Origin: Elusimicrobiaceae bacterium
Lineage (GTDB): Bacteria; Elusimicrobiota; Elusimicrobia; Elusimicrobiales; Elusimicrobiaceae
Reading direction: 5' to 3'
DNA: 64,000 bases
Assembly: GCA_045604045.1 (NCBI GenBank)
Contig: JAZUNI010000057.1
Coordinates: forward strand, 1,277 to 65,276
Position 1 is the first letter of the stretch, and each line of letters begins with the position of its first letter. Below, one piece after another: positions 1 to 9,038 of the stretch. A model generated the notes under the pieces. It searched no databases. It was not told the DNA's origin and saw only the letters and a program-made list of their open reading frames with translations. Made by a program: the position numbers and the translations under genes.

Positions 1-1
1 C

Positions 2-583
2 ATTGCTGCTTACGTACCCAACACAAAACCGCGGTTGTGGCTGATAGATTTTTTCTACCCAAACGACCGCCATTTGAATACAGCTGATTATCCCCATTTA
101 CTGACGCATTTGGCACAGTTTAAAGAGAGATTGCTTGCCCGGAAGCAAAATAATAATGGGATTGATAAGCAACTGGCGAAGGGGCACTTTTGGTTTGGCT
201 CTGTGCGGCGGAAAATGAATTTTGAGAAGGAAAAATTAGTCCTTCCGCATCGCGCACCGCAAGTTTGTGCCGCTTATAGTAGCGGCCCCTGGTACGCCAG
301 CAGTGACGTGTATTTTATCACGTCCCCAAAACCGCCCTACACACTGTGGACCATTTTAGGATTATTAAACTCCGCCCCCTACTTGACGTGGCTAAAAGCC
401 AACGGCAAGCGTAAGGGGGAGTTATTGGAATTGTACAGTGCCCCGTTACAACAGTTGCCAATCCCCACACTTACAGACGCACAACAAGCACAACTAGATA
501 CCCTTTCCCATGCGCTCTACAAAACCCCACAGGACACGGCCTTACAAACCCAGTTGGACACCCTTATAACCGCCTGCTTTTAA
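2..583 (+). CDS. 5'-truncated C-terminal part of a restriction-modification enzyme (TaqI-like/Eco57I-family target-recognition domain)
   Basis: The frame is open from the window edge (no stop in 2-34) to the stop at 581-583. The C-terminal sequence (SSDVYFITS, LLGLLNSAPYLTWLK) resembles the C-terminal specificity domain of N6-adenine MTase/RM fusion enzymes. This is recall only. Confidence 0.45.
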   Translation: MAAYVPNTKPRLWLIDFFYPNDRHLNTADYPHLLTHLAQFKERLLARKQNNNGIDKQLAKGHFWFGSVRRKMNFEKEKLVLPHRAPQVCAAYSSGPWYASSDVYFITSPKPPYTLWTILGLLNSAPYLTWLKANGKRKGELLELYSAPLQQLPIPTLTDAQQAQLDTLSHALYKTPQDTALQTQLDTLITACF

Positions 584-629
584 CCACCCCCCCAGTATGC
601 CTTACCTGGGAGATATTGTGCACCGTTTT

Positions 630-1205
630 TTAATCTCTTTCGGTTAAGCCCAAATGGGTTTTCAAGTATTCACAAAAGGCCAATTCTTGCGGTGATGGAT
701 TACATGAAATAGTACCTGTCCATTGATTTTCATCATTCTCTCTAGAAAACGAAATATCTGCCAATTTGCTTTTACCAAGTAACCAGATACTGCATAAATA
801 GTCCGGATCCCCGTAACACCTAAATGTTAAATCAAAATCTTTCTCTATATTGGCAAGGGGAATCTCTATATCCAGTGCATCCATATCTGTTTTAAAATTC
901 TTGTCCACAAACCCGTTTTGAAGGACAAAAACATCCATGGCATTAGAGGCATTTTTTAAAAATGTCATTACCTCTACCGCCCGCGCTTTACCTACTGCCT
1001 TTTGGTACTGTGGCAAAGCCACTGCTGCTAATATACCAATGATTAACACCACTACTAACAGCTCTATGAGGGTAAAACCTCTGCGCCCCTCGTCATCCCG
1101 ACCCTGCGGGCAGCAACCTATACGGGATATAGGGGCGGATTGTAATAAGGCATTTATATCCCGCATACCAACCCTGCGGGATGACGTTATAATTTGATTT
1201 TTCAT
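630..1205 (-). CDS. type IV pilin-like protein PL1 (prepilin N-terminal cleavage/methylation domain) with a 43-aa leader
   Basis: Contains the G|[28 protein letters not shown] motif with Glu at +5. AAGGAG lies 5 nt upstream of ATG 1205. The only other in-frame Met is residue 14. Confidence 0.85.
   Translation of the reverse strand: MKNQIITSSRRVGMRDINALLQSAPISRIGCCPQGRDDEGRRGFTLIELLVVVLIIGILAAVALPQYQKAVGKARAVEVMTFLKNASNAMDVFVLQNGFVDKNFKTDMDALDIEIPLANIEKDFDLTFRCYGDPDYLCSIWLLGKSKLADISFSRENDENQWTGTISCNPSPQELAFCEYLKTHLGLTERD
1092..1185. repeat. 94-nt composite imperfect palindrome inside the PL1 leader-coding region
   Basis: Outer arms are GTCATCCCG (1092-1100) and CGGGATGAC (1177-1185). Inner arms are TATACGGGATATA (1119-1131) and TATATCCCGCATA (1155-1167). 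ACCCTGCGGG occurs twice (1101-1110 and 1171-1180). Confidence 0.75.
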
Positions 1206-1314
1206 ATTGCTCCTTTTAAGTATTTTATTACGCGAGTGTTAATGGCCCTAATAGCTATGTACAAGCGGCCGCAAACACTGGCTAGTACCGGGGTACACCC
1301 GCGGCACAAAGTCT

Positions 1315-1343
1315 AGTCTATCAAAAAAAAAAAAACGCGTCAA
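1315..1343 (-). promoter_or_regulatory. candidate sigma70 promoter of PL1 with a T13 tract in the spacer
   Basis: The minus strand reads TTGACG (1343-1338), CG, T13 (1335-1323), GA, TAGACT (1320-1315). The spacer is exactly 17 nt. Confidence 0.5.
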
Positions 1344-1404
1344 GGTCTATTTAAAAACAACGTCTCAAAAGTATTTTTCAAAAATGATAAAATAATAAGG
1401 AGGA

Positions 1405-1429
1405 GATCCTGAATCAAGTTCAGGATGAC
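1405..1429. repeat. hairpin-A repeat unit (GATCCTGAA-TCAAG-TTCAGGATGAC)
   Basis: An 8-bp perfect stem, ATCCTGAA (1406-1413) with TTCAGGAT (1419-1426). The same unit occurs at 13617, 13757, 23945 and 62140. Here it sits between the SD AAGGAGGAG (1397-1405) and ATG 1425. Confidence 0.8.
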
Positions 1430-2822
1430 ACTTTCTTTTATGACCATCAAACCGCCGCATTTATCCCGTAAATGGATGATTTTTACCGTGACCGCCAACG
1501 GGACATTTATGTCCACCTTAAGCGGCGGCATTGTGAACATTGCTTTGCCGACGATGGCAGAAGAATTTAACGTATCCCTAGAAAACATTCAGCTGGTAGT
1601 TAGCTTTTATTTGTTAGTGCTAACCTGTTTGTTACCCGTTTTTGGCAAATTAAGCGACCTATATAGCCGTAAATGGATGTATTTGGGGGGATTTATTACC
1701 TTTGGTGTGGGGGCCTTGTTTGGAGCGCTTTCCACGTCTCTACCCATGATGCTACTAGCACGCGGAGTACAAGGGATTGGTTCTTCGGCCATGATGGCGA
1801 CTTCACAGGCGTTGATTGCCCAAATTTTTCACGGACCTTCCCGCGGCAAAGCCTTTGGGGCGATTGGAGCCGTAGTGGCGGGGGGATCCTTAGCGGGGCC
1901 GGCTATTGGCGGCGCGCTTATTCAAGCGTGGGGGTGGAAATCCGTCTTTTGGATTTGCATTCCAATTGCAGTAGTGGGTGTGTGGAGAGGTATTTACCTC
2001 ATCCCGCGGTTTAATGCCCATAAACACGTAAAAATGGATTGGCCCGGAGCAGCCCTCTATACGATAACGAGTTTCATTTTTTTGTATGCCCTCAATACAG
2101 CGGTGGATAAGGGCTGGACAAGTGACTTTATCTTACTATCCTTTGCGGCCTCGCTTGCACTATGTTGGGCCTTTTGGCGCCGGGAAAACGCTGCCAAACA
2201 CCCTTTTTTGGAATTGTCTATTTTTAACAATAAAACAATTTCGTATGGTTGTTTAGTAGCTACACTGGGGTACACCACTTTATTTTCAAACTCGGTCCTG
2301 TTGCCGTTTTACTTGACTGATATTATGCATTTGGACCCTGTTAAAATCGGGTTACTTATTATGCCCTTTCCAGTAACGTTAGCTATTGCCTCCGCCGTGA
2401 GTGGGACGCTAAACGCTAAATGGCCCGCCAGTATTTTGACTACGGCCGGGTTTGGCCTACTGATTATTTCTACCCTCATGTTTGCATTTATTGGTTCGGC
2501 CCCCAGTATTTCTTATATTGTGCTAGCGCAGCTCATTATGGGGGCAGGAAGCGGCACGTTCCAAGTGCCCAATAACAATACGGTAGTAAGTGCGGCGCCC
2601 AAAGGCAAACTAGGCGTAGTGGCTAGTATCAATGCCTTGTGTCGCAATGTAGGCATGATTTTTGGAATTGCGTTTTCCGTCGCTATTTTTGCCTTGGTAC
2701 AAGGTTATTGTACCACCAACGGACAGGATGCGCAAAGTGCGTTTATCCATGGCTATCAAGCTGCCCTACTGATGGGAACGGCCTGCGCAGTAGTGGGGGG
2801 AGTTTTATCTGCTAAACGCTAA
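1425..2822 (+). CDS. MFS transporter, DHA2/EmrB-like (about 14 TM)
   Basis: 465-aa polytopic protein with an MFS-type N-terminus (GGIVNIALPTMAEEFNVS, LSDLYSRKWMY, ARGVQGIGSSAMM). The start could also be Met6. Confidence 0.8.
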   Translation: MTLSFMTIKPPHLSRKWMIFTVTANGTFMSTLSGGIVNIALPTMAEEFNVSLENIQLVVSFYLLVLTCLLPVFGKLSDLYSRKWMYLGGFITFGVGALFGALSTSLPMMLLARGVQGIGSSAMMATSQALIAQIFHGPSRGKAFGAIGAVVAGGSLAGPAIGGALIQAWGWKSVFWICIPIAVVGVWRGIYLIPRFNAHKHVKMDWPGAALYTITSFIFLYALNTAVDKGWTSDFILLSFAASLALCWAFWRRENAAKHPFLELSIFNNKTISYGCLVATLGYTTLFSNSVLLPFYLTDIMHLDPVKIGLLIMPFPVTLAIASAVSGTLNAKWPASILTTAGFGLLIISTLMFAFIGSAPSISYIVLAQLIMGAGSGTFQVPNNNTVVSAAPKGKLGVVASINALCRNVGMIFGIAFSVAIFALVQGYCTTNGQDAQSAFIHGYQAALLMGTACAVVGGVLSAKR

Positions 2823-2833
2823 AAAAGACCTAT

Positions 2834-2862
2834 AAAAAAAGCCCCCAACTGGGGGCTTTTTT
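2834..2862. terminator. bidirectional rho-independent terminator
   Basis: A7-GCCCCCA-ac-TGGGGGC-T6, lying between convergent genes. Confidence 0.75.
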
Positions 2863-2877
2863 ATGCAAGCGTAAAAC

Positions 2878-3417
2878 TTAAAAATTTTCCGGGTGAATCA
2901 TAAAGTAGGCTTGCGGGTGGGCACACACCGGGCAGACTTCCGGCGCTTTTTCACCCATGCAGATATGACCACAGTTGGCACATTCCCACATCACAATACC
3001 CGCTTTCTTAAATACTTCTTGCGCTTCTACATTGTGCAAGAGCTTGCGGTAGCGTTCTTCGTGCATTTTTTCAATTTTACCCACCGCTTCAAACAAATAG
3101 GCTAGTTTATCAAAACCTTCTTCTTTAGCGGTTTTGGCAAAGCCCGCATACATGTCGGTCCATTCGTAGTTTTCGCCGTTGGCAGCGTCTAACAAGTTGG
3201 CAGCTGTGTTAGGGATTTCACCGTTGTGCAAGTATTTAAACCAAATTTTAGCGTGTTCTTTTTCGTTATTGGCCGTTTCTTCAAAGAGTTTGCCAATTTG
3301 CACAAATCCTTCTTTTTTAGCCTTGGAAGCATAATATTTGTATTTGGTATGCGCTTGGGATTCACCCGCAAACGCGGTCATTAAGTTTTGTTCGGTTTTA
3401 GAGCCTTTGAGTTCCAT
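2878..3417 (-). CDS. rbr: rubrerythrin
   Basis: 179 aa with an N-terminal ferritin-like diiron domain ([19 protein letters not shown]) and a C-terminal rubredoxin-like CxxC...CPVC. Confidence 0.9.
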   Translation of the reverse strand: MELKGSKTEQNLMTAFAGESQAHTKYKYYASKAKKEGFVQIGKLFEETANNEKEHAKIWFKYLHNGEIPNTAANLLDAANGENYEWTDMYAGFAKTAKEEGFDKLAYLFEAVGKIEKMHEERYRKLLHNVEAQEVFKKAGIVMWECANCGHICMGEKAPEVCPVCAHPQAYFMIHPENF

Positions 3418-3444
3418 TTTTTTCTCCTATATAAAAATGCCCGT

Positions 3445-3894
3445 TTAATGACGGGTACAATTTTTGCAAATTCCTTTAAATTGAATATTTACCTGTTTAA
3501 TTTCCCCAATGGCGCGCGCCGGCATGGGGCAGGCAATTTGTTCATTCTCTTGCGGAAAAATATCGTACACTTCCCCGCATTGGGTACATACAAAATGACA
3601 GTGTGGCCGTAAATCCCCATCAAAACGCGCTTTAGAAGATAAACCTACCCGGTGTAAGAGCCCCATATCCTCTAGGGAAGACAAGGTACGATATACGGTA
3701 TCTAACGAGACATTGGGGAGACTTTCCCGCACCTCTAAAAACACGGTTTCCGCACTAGGATGTGCACTAGACTGCGCCACCGCGCGAAAAATTTCCTGCC
3801 GTTGGCGCGTAATACGTAGCCCAAGCTCTTTGCAGCGGGTTTCAAAATAATTTAGACGCATTTGCACATCAGCAGCCGGTGTGAGTAAAGGCAT
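3445..3894 (-). CDS. Fur-family transcriptional regulator (PerR-like)
   Basis: Winged-helix N-terminus (RITRQRQEIFRAV, SAETVF) with HCHFVCTQCG...CKNC metal sites. It ends 27 nt upstream of rbr, which suggests an operon. Confidence 0.8.
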   Translation of the reverse strand: MPLLTPAADVQMRLNYFETRCKELGLRITRQRQEIFRAVAQSSAHPSAETVFLEVRESLPNVSLDTVYRTLSSLEDMGLLHRVGLSSKARFDGDLRPHCHFVCTQCGEVYDIFPQENEQIACPMPARAIGEIKQVNIQFKGICKNCTRH

Positions 3895-3978
3895 AGATAG
3901 TAATTTTTCCTAATCAAGAATATAGTTAGTATAGCATATTTTTAAAAAAATCTTGTTATTTTTTTATATCCTTTATAT

Positions 3979-5139
3979 ATGCTTACTTATCATACCGCAA
4001 TTATTGGGGGCGGCGCCAGTGGACTATTCTGCGCGGGCTCTTTTAAGGCACCTAAAATTATTTTGGAGCATAATGACTATCCCGGCGTTAAAGTGCGCGT
4101 GAGCGGAGGGGGAAAATGTAATTTTTCAAACACGTCTGTTACGGCAGCGGACTATTTGTGCCAGCACAAACATTTTTGTAAAAATGCCCTAGCCGCCTTT
4201 AAACCGACTGATTTTACGTCCTTACTGGATCAAGCCGGTATTGCCTATGAAGAACGGACACAGGGCCAATTGTTTGCTAATGACGCACGGGAAATTGCAC
4301 AATTTTTGGTGCGTCGTGCAAAAGCGGCTCATACGAATTTTTCACTGCGGACCCAAGTGCTTGGCATCACCCAGGATGCGCACGGTTTTTTGCTGCGTAC
4401 TTCCAGCGGAACTATCCACGCGCAGAAAGTGGTGTTAGCTACAGGGGGTCTTTCCTACCCTGCGTTAGGAGCTAGTTCTTTTGGGCTACAAACGGCTCAA
4501 CAGTTTGGCCTACAGGTAATTGCACCACGCCCCGCCTTGTGTGGACTTACTTTACCCAAAGAGTGGCGCCCCTTGTGCAAGGCGCTGGCGGGCAACAGTA
4601 CACGTGCCACCGTTAGTACAGGCAAACATAGTTTTACCGATTCGCTCCTATTTACCCACGAAGGCATCAGCGGCCCAGCTGTATTGTCAATCTCCCTCTT
4701 TTGGAATGAAGAAGATCCCGTGCAGGTCAACTTTTTGCCGGATGTGGATATGCCCGCTTTTTTGGCCACCCATAAAAACACCAATAAAAAAATATCAGCT
4801 TTGCTAGATTTGCCAGGCCATATGGCACAAAGTTGGTTAGGTACGTTAGACCAACCACTAGCGAATGCCTCCAAACAAACTTTACAAGCTATTGTTAAAC
4901 GGCTTACGCAATTTACATTTATCCCCACTGGCGTGGCCGGCTACACCAAGGCAGAAGTAACCGCCGGAGGTATTGACACCCAAGAAGTCAATCCGTCTAC
5001 CTTTGAGGTAAAAAAAGTGCCCGGACTTTTTGCTATTGGCGAAGTATTGGATGTTGCCGGACGGTTGGGAGGATTTAACTTACACTGGGCGTGGGCCAGT
5101 GGGTTTTGCTGTGCCGCACAATTAGCTAAAAAAAGTTGA
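3979..5139 (+). CDS. NAD(P)/FAD-dependent oxidoreductase, HI0933/BaiN-like
   Basis: N-terminal IIGGGASGLFCAG dinucleotide fold, GGGKCNFSN, and C-terminal AGGI...FAIGEVLDVAGRLGGFNL, all typical of the HI0933 family. Confidence 0.75.
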   Translation: MLTYHTAIIGGGASGLFCAGSFKAPKIILEHNDYPGVKVRVSGGGKCNFSNTSVTAADYLCQHKHFCKNALAAFKPTDFTSLLDQAGIAYEERTQGQLFANDAREIAQFLVRRAKAAHTNFSLRTQVLGITQDAHGFLLRTSSGTIHAQKVVLATGGLSYPALGASSFGLQTAQQFGLQVIAPRPALCGLTLPKEWRPLCKALAGNSTRATVSTGKHSFTDSLLFTHEGISGPAVLSISLFWNEEDPVQVNFLPDVDMPAFLATHKNTNKKISALLDLPGHMAQSWLGTLDQPLANASKQTLQAIVKRLTQFTFIPTGVAGYTKAEVTAGGIDTQEVNPSTFEVKKVPGLFAIGEVLDVAGRLGGFNLHWAWASGFCCAAQLAKKS

Positions 5140-5191
5140 CGCAAATTAACTGGCTTTTTGTATAATAAAAAGTAAGTCTTATAAAAAGGGT

Positions 5192-6523
5192 ATGGTTATG
5201 GAAATTACAGCTAAAAAAATAAATTTGTTGCGCTTGTGGGTAGAGAGTTTTGCCATTGTAAACCGTTGCACGGGCAAGTTGGTGATGGCTATTTTATGTT
5301 CCGTGTTGTTACTGGCACTAGTGGTGGGAGTGATTCTGCTAGGTTTTGGAAGTAGTGCCTTGTTGGCGCATTTTCAAATGGCAGTTTTGGCAAAAAGTGT
5401 GGGATTTATTACTTTGTTAATTTACTTCATTTGTGCGCTAATTGGAAATTGTTATAGTCTATTTTTCATGACCGTTTGTTGGCAAATTGTAGCCGCTGAA
5501 GCCCAAGGACAAAAACGGCCACTCTCTGAATTTTTTTCAGGCTCCATTCTGCCGACTTTGTATCAAGTGGTGGCTGCACTACTATTGATGATTCCATATA
5601 TTCTCGTTGTCATTGTACTTGCTTTTTTAACCCGCGTTCCTTCCCTCATGACTCTGGTTATGATAGCTGTAGGCTTGTTAGCCGTGCGTATTTGCTATAG
5701 TTTTATTGCTATAGCTGTGGCGAACAAAGGGCCTATTGAAGGCTTACAACTGAGCTGGCAAATGACTACAGGAATGGATTATGTAGATGCCCTACTAATG
5801 TGCGTAACCGCAATGGCTTCCGTGCTACTTGTGGAAGGGGTTTTATTTGGCATTGGATATGTATTGTATATAAATATTCCGCTGCACTTTGCCCAAGGCT
5901 TTAGCTTGGCCCACTTGTCCTTTGTATGGTATTTAGCTGGATTTGTACTGGCGGTAATACTGATGTTTGTTTTCTTTGCTTTGATGACCTTCCCGGTGCT
6001 CGTATTTTTAAACCGCCATGCACAGCTATATTCGTCTCCACAGGTTGCTGAGGATGAAAATATCTTTATTCCCTTGCATGAATTGGAATTATCCCAGGGA
6101 AATGCTGATGGGAACGAACCGATCCAAGAAGTAGCACCGGCCACCACCGAAGTTCCACAAGATATAAAACCCCTAGAGGCCGAACCTCAACCCTTCCCCC
6201 AGACAACGCAACCGTCCGCTCCGCCACCACCGCCGGCACCGGCTGTTATGCAAGGGCTGGATGATTTGCAAGTGACGCACGCTTCTGTACATACGGGAGA
6301 AGAAGACGTCAATGAGATTACCCAGCATTTAGATAAAGTGTATACTCCCAAAGAAGAGCACTTAGTACAGACTGGCGACGAGGACCGGATGCCAACCATT
6401 TTATTTGATGATGAAATGGCAAAAGAGCTTTTAAAGCAAACTGACACGCCTTCTAAAGACACAAAGGCAGCAAACGACTCCAACCCGCCGCAGGATGATG
6501 GCCCCATTAAAATGTCTAAATAG
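5192..6523 (+). CDS. polytopic membrane protein with a Pro/Glu-rich C-terminal tail (hypothetical)
   Basis: 443-aa ORF with several hydrophobic helices in the first ~290 aa, followed by a low-complexity acidic/proline tail. Confidence 0.6.
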   Translation: MVMEITAKKINLLRLWVESFAIVNRCTGKLVMAILCSVLLLALVVGVILLGFGSSALLAHFQMAVLAKSVGFITLLIYFICALIGNCYSLFFMTVCWQIVAAEAQGQKRPLSEFFSGSILPTLYQVVAALLLMIPYILVVIVLAFLTRVPSLMTLVMIAVGLLAVRICYSFIAIAVANKGPIEGLQLSWQMTTGMDYVDALLMCVTAMASVLLVEGVLFGIGYVLYINIPLHFAQGFSLAHLSFVWYLAGFVLAVILMFVFFALMTFPVLVFLNRHAQLYSSPQVAEDENIFIPLHELELSQGNADGNEPIQEVAPATTEVPQDIKPLEAEPQPFPQTTQPSAPPPPPAPAVMQGLDDLQVTHASVHTGEEDVNEITQHLDKVYTPKEEHLVQTGDEDRMPTILFDDEMAKELLKQTDTPSKDTKAANDSNPPQDDGPIKMSK

Positions 6524-6534
6524 GACCGTTTAGC

Positions 6535-6861
6535 ATGACATCACAACCCTTATCCATCCTGGGTGACATTGGCACATTTTTTGCAATGACTAAAGCCATT
6601 ATAAAGGGACAATATAAGATGCCTTGGAAAACGTTCTTTTGGGTTCTGTTATGTTTGGTTTATTTTCTTTCTCCCATTGACTTATTACCAGATATTGTGC
6701 CTCTTTTGGGGTTTGCCGATGACGGCGCTTTTATTGTTTTTGTATTGTTACTTTTACACCAAGATTTGAATACATTCCGTCAAGTACAACAAGATAAACA
6801 AACAATTATAGAAGCAGAAATTGTGGAGGAGGAAGAACATCATGATTCAAAAAATTCTTAA
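6535..6861 (+). CDS. DUF1232 (YkvA-like) membrane protein
   Basis: Contains the SPIDLLPDIVPLLGFADDGAF motif. Confidence 0.65.
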   Translation: MTSQPLSILGDIGTFFAMTKAIIKGQYKMPWKTFFWVLLCLVYFLSPIDLLPDIVPLLGFADDGAFIVFVLLLLHQDLNTFRQVQQDKQTIIEAEIVEEEEHHDSKNS

Positions 6862-8974
6862 ATTTGCACTGTGTGCTGCCTTGTTAGTAGCCGTGTTAGC
6901 CGTAGCGGCTTTTTTTACGCTTAAAAAAATGTACCCGCCGGAGAAATTAAAACAAATGACCCAAACCTGGGTGGCACAACACTGGAACCGGGAAGTACGG
7001 TTTAGCGAGGTTTCATTTGCCTGGATTGGATTTACGTTAAAGGACGTGGCCTTGTCAGAAAATAGCTCCTTTGACCAAGGCACGTTTGTGGAGGCTAAAA
7101 AATTGACCGCCCATGTAGCCGTAAAACCTTTACTGCAAAAACGTATCGAAATTAGTACCATTGAAGCTGATGGGCTACAGATAAACTTAATAGCCAAGAA
7201 GGATAAAACCTATAATTTTAGTTCTTTAATTCCCGAGCAACCTTCCACAGAAAATACGGAAGCGCCTCAAACGGATGATAAATCCACCAATGAAAACAAC
7301 TTTGTCATAACAGCACAAGAAATTAAACTTTCCAATTGTGATGTGACATACATTGACGAAAGTACCGGATTGCACACCGCATTAAACGAGGTGTCTATTC
7401 AAACCAAAAATTTAGATTTTGTTAAACCGTTTGATACGGTTCTTTCCTTTATTACCACGGTATCTGGAAACGGACAGCCGGACCTTTCCGTTCCAGTAAC
7501 GGTCCATTTTATAACCGAACTAGCGAACCTGGACATAAGTAAAGCTACCATTTCGCTTACGCAGGCAACGCTGCATTATAAAAACATCTTGCTTACCTTA
7601 CTAGGAAAAATCTCTAGTTTAGAACGCCCCACCCTAGATTTAACCGGAAATATAACGGGTATTACCAATGCTACCTTTGCCGATTTTGCCCCACAATTGC
7701 CCGATTTTGCGCTACCAAGCATCGGCTTATCCTTACAAGCTACGGCCGATTTGGAACAACAAACAGCCCAAATTTCTCAGGCCAAAATGACGGTACAAGA
7801 CAGTATATTCACCGCCCAAGGAAGCGTGGGGTGGGGGGGAGACACGCCTACCTATAAACTGACAGGCTCGCTAACGGCAATATTAAACCAACTGGTACAA
7901 ATGACACACTCGTTAGATGACTTTAGCCCAGCTGGCATGTTAACAGCCACATTTGCAGCTACTGAAAAAAATGAATTTACGGATGTGAATGGGACCATTT
8001 ATTTAAAAGATATAAGCGTACGCTATGATCCGTTTACCCTTACCAAACTAAACGGAAAAATATTGCTTACCTCACTAGAGCATATTGCGGCACCTACATT
8101 AACCGGTCAATTAAACGGGGAAAATTTTTCGGGTTCTTTTACTTACCAAGCTCTGAAACAAGTAATAAATATCATATTAAATGTTAACTTAGACCAGTTA
8201 AAATTAGCTAAGTTGCCATCTACGGGGTCTTCCCAGGTAGAAAATTCTGCTACGGGCACCACTTCAACCAATAGTGGGACAACCTCCCCTAGCTTGCCTA
8301 TCAATCTGCGGGCAAAGGTGGAGATAGGAAAAATTACCATACCCTATTTTCAATCCAACGGACTCAACTTGCAGGCTAATTTAACCAATCTTACCAATAC
8401 TATGGATCAGGCCAACGGGACCGTGCACTTTGCCTTGCAACCTGGCAAAATCACTAATTTAGATGATTTCGTAGAGGACAGCAAGATTGCGAAAATCTTA
8501 TTATTACCGCTAACAGTAATCAAGCACGTAGCTGGATTTTTGAAACTGGATATATTCTCCGCGCCGGATGATAATGGAGCCTATATGGCTTTTACCGAAG
8601 GTACGGGTGACTATACCTTTGCCAACGGGATAATGAACATTGATAAAACGGTATTTAATTCTACACTCACTAATCTCTCTGCTACCGGAACGGCTAATTT
8701 TAAGACAGAGGCCTTAAACATGCGCGCTACCACTACGCTACTTACCCAGGCGGCACCAGTTTCGTTTAAAATTACAGGAACCTTAAGTGATCCCAAAGGG
8801 AAATTGGACGTGGTAAACACGGTAACTTCCGTAGTGGGGGGAATTTTAAACGGTACGGCAGCTAAATCAGCATCCAATGAGGGCACTCAACCGACCCAGG
8901 AAACCCTTAAGGATACGGTGACCACTGCTAAAGATTTGGTAAAAGGAATTGGCGGTTTATTTAAGAAGAAATAA
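6842..8974 (+). CDS. AsmA-family outer-membrane biogenesis protein
   Basis: Start chosen at ATG 6842 after GGAGGAGGAAG. N-terminal TM anchor, then a ~700-aa beta-rich region with an AsmA-like N-terminus (REVRFSEVSFAWIGFTLKDVAL). Confidence 0.65.
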   Translation: MIQKILKFALCAALLVAVLAVAAFFTLKKMYPPEKLKQMTQTWVAQHWNREVRFSEVSFAWIGFTLKDVALSENSSFDQGTFVEAKKLTAHVAVKPLLQKRIEISTIEADGLQINLIAKKDKTYNFSSLIPEQPSTENTEAPQTDDKSTNENNFVITAQEIKLSNCDVTYIDESTGLHTALNEVSIQTKNLDFVKPFDTVLSFITTVSGNGQPDLSVPVTVHFITELANLDISKATISLTQATLHYKNILLTLLGKISSLERPTLDLTGNITGITNATFADFAPQLPDFALPSIGLSLQATADLEQQTAQISQAKMTVQDSIFTAQGSVGWGGDTPTYKLTGSLTAILNQLVQMTHSLDDFSPAGMLTATFAATEKNEFTDVNGTIYLKDISVRYDPFTLTKLNGKILLTSLEHIAAPTLTGQLNGENFSGSFTYQALKQVINIILNVNLDQLKLAKLPSTGSSQVENSATGTTSTNSGTTSPSLPINLRAKVEIGKITIPYFQSNGLNLQANLTNLTNTMDQANGTVHFALQPGKITNLDDFVEDSKIAKILLLPLTVIKHVAGFLKLDIFSAPDDNGAYMAFTEGTGDYTFANGIMNIDKTVFNSTLTNLSATGTANFKTEALNMRATTTLLTQAAPVSFKITGTLSDPKGKLDVVNTVTSVVGGILNGTAAKSASNEGTQPTQETLKDTVTTAKDLVKGIGGLFKKK

Positions 8975-8990
8975 AGGAATCAATTCTCAA

Positions 8991-9023
8991 AATAATAGGC
9001 CCGCATGTATCGGGCCTATTATT
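8991..9023. terminator. bidirectional terminator hairpin
   Basis: AATAATAGGCCCG-catgtat-CGGGCCTATTATT, a 13-bp stem between convergent genes. Confidence 0.7.
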
Positions 9024-9038
9024 TCATTACGCACTCTT

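Noticed and set aside
2-583. A restriction-modification system as a possible defence locus.
   Set aside because: Only the last ~190 codons are in the window, and the upstream part and any partner genes cannot be seen. The downstream neighbour is an unrelated pilin-like gene.
937-1197. A plus-strand 86-aa ORF overlapping PL1, and similar antisense ORFs at 23753-23968 and 62222-62431.
   Set aside because: They are the reverse complements of the conserved pilin N-terminal helix and leader palindromes. The pilin frame carries the diagnostic GFTLIELL motif.
3959-3981. A leaderless start for the HI0933-like flavoprotein (T7 tract, TATCCT, 6 nt, ATG 3979).
   Set aside because: The hexamer matches TATAAT at only 4 of 6 positions and alternative alignments exist. 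I mention it only as a weak member of the leaderless set, not as an independent feature.
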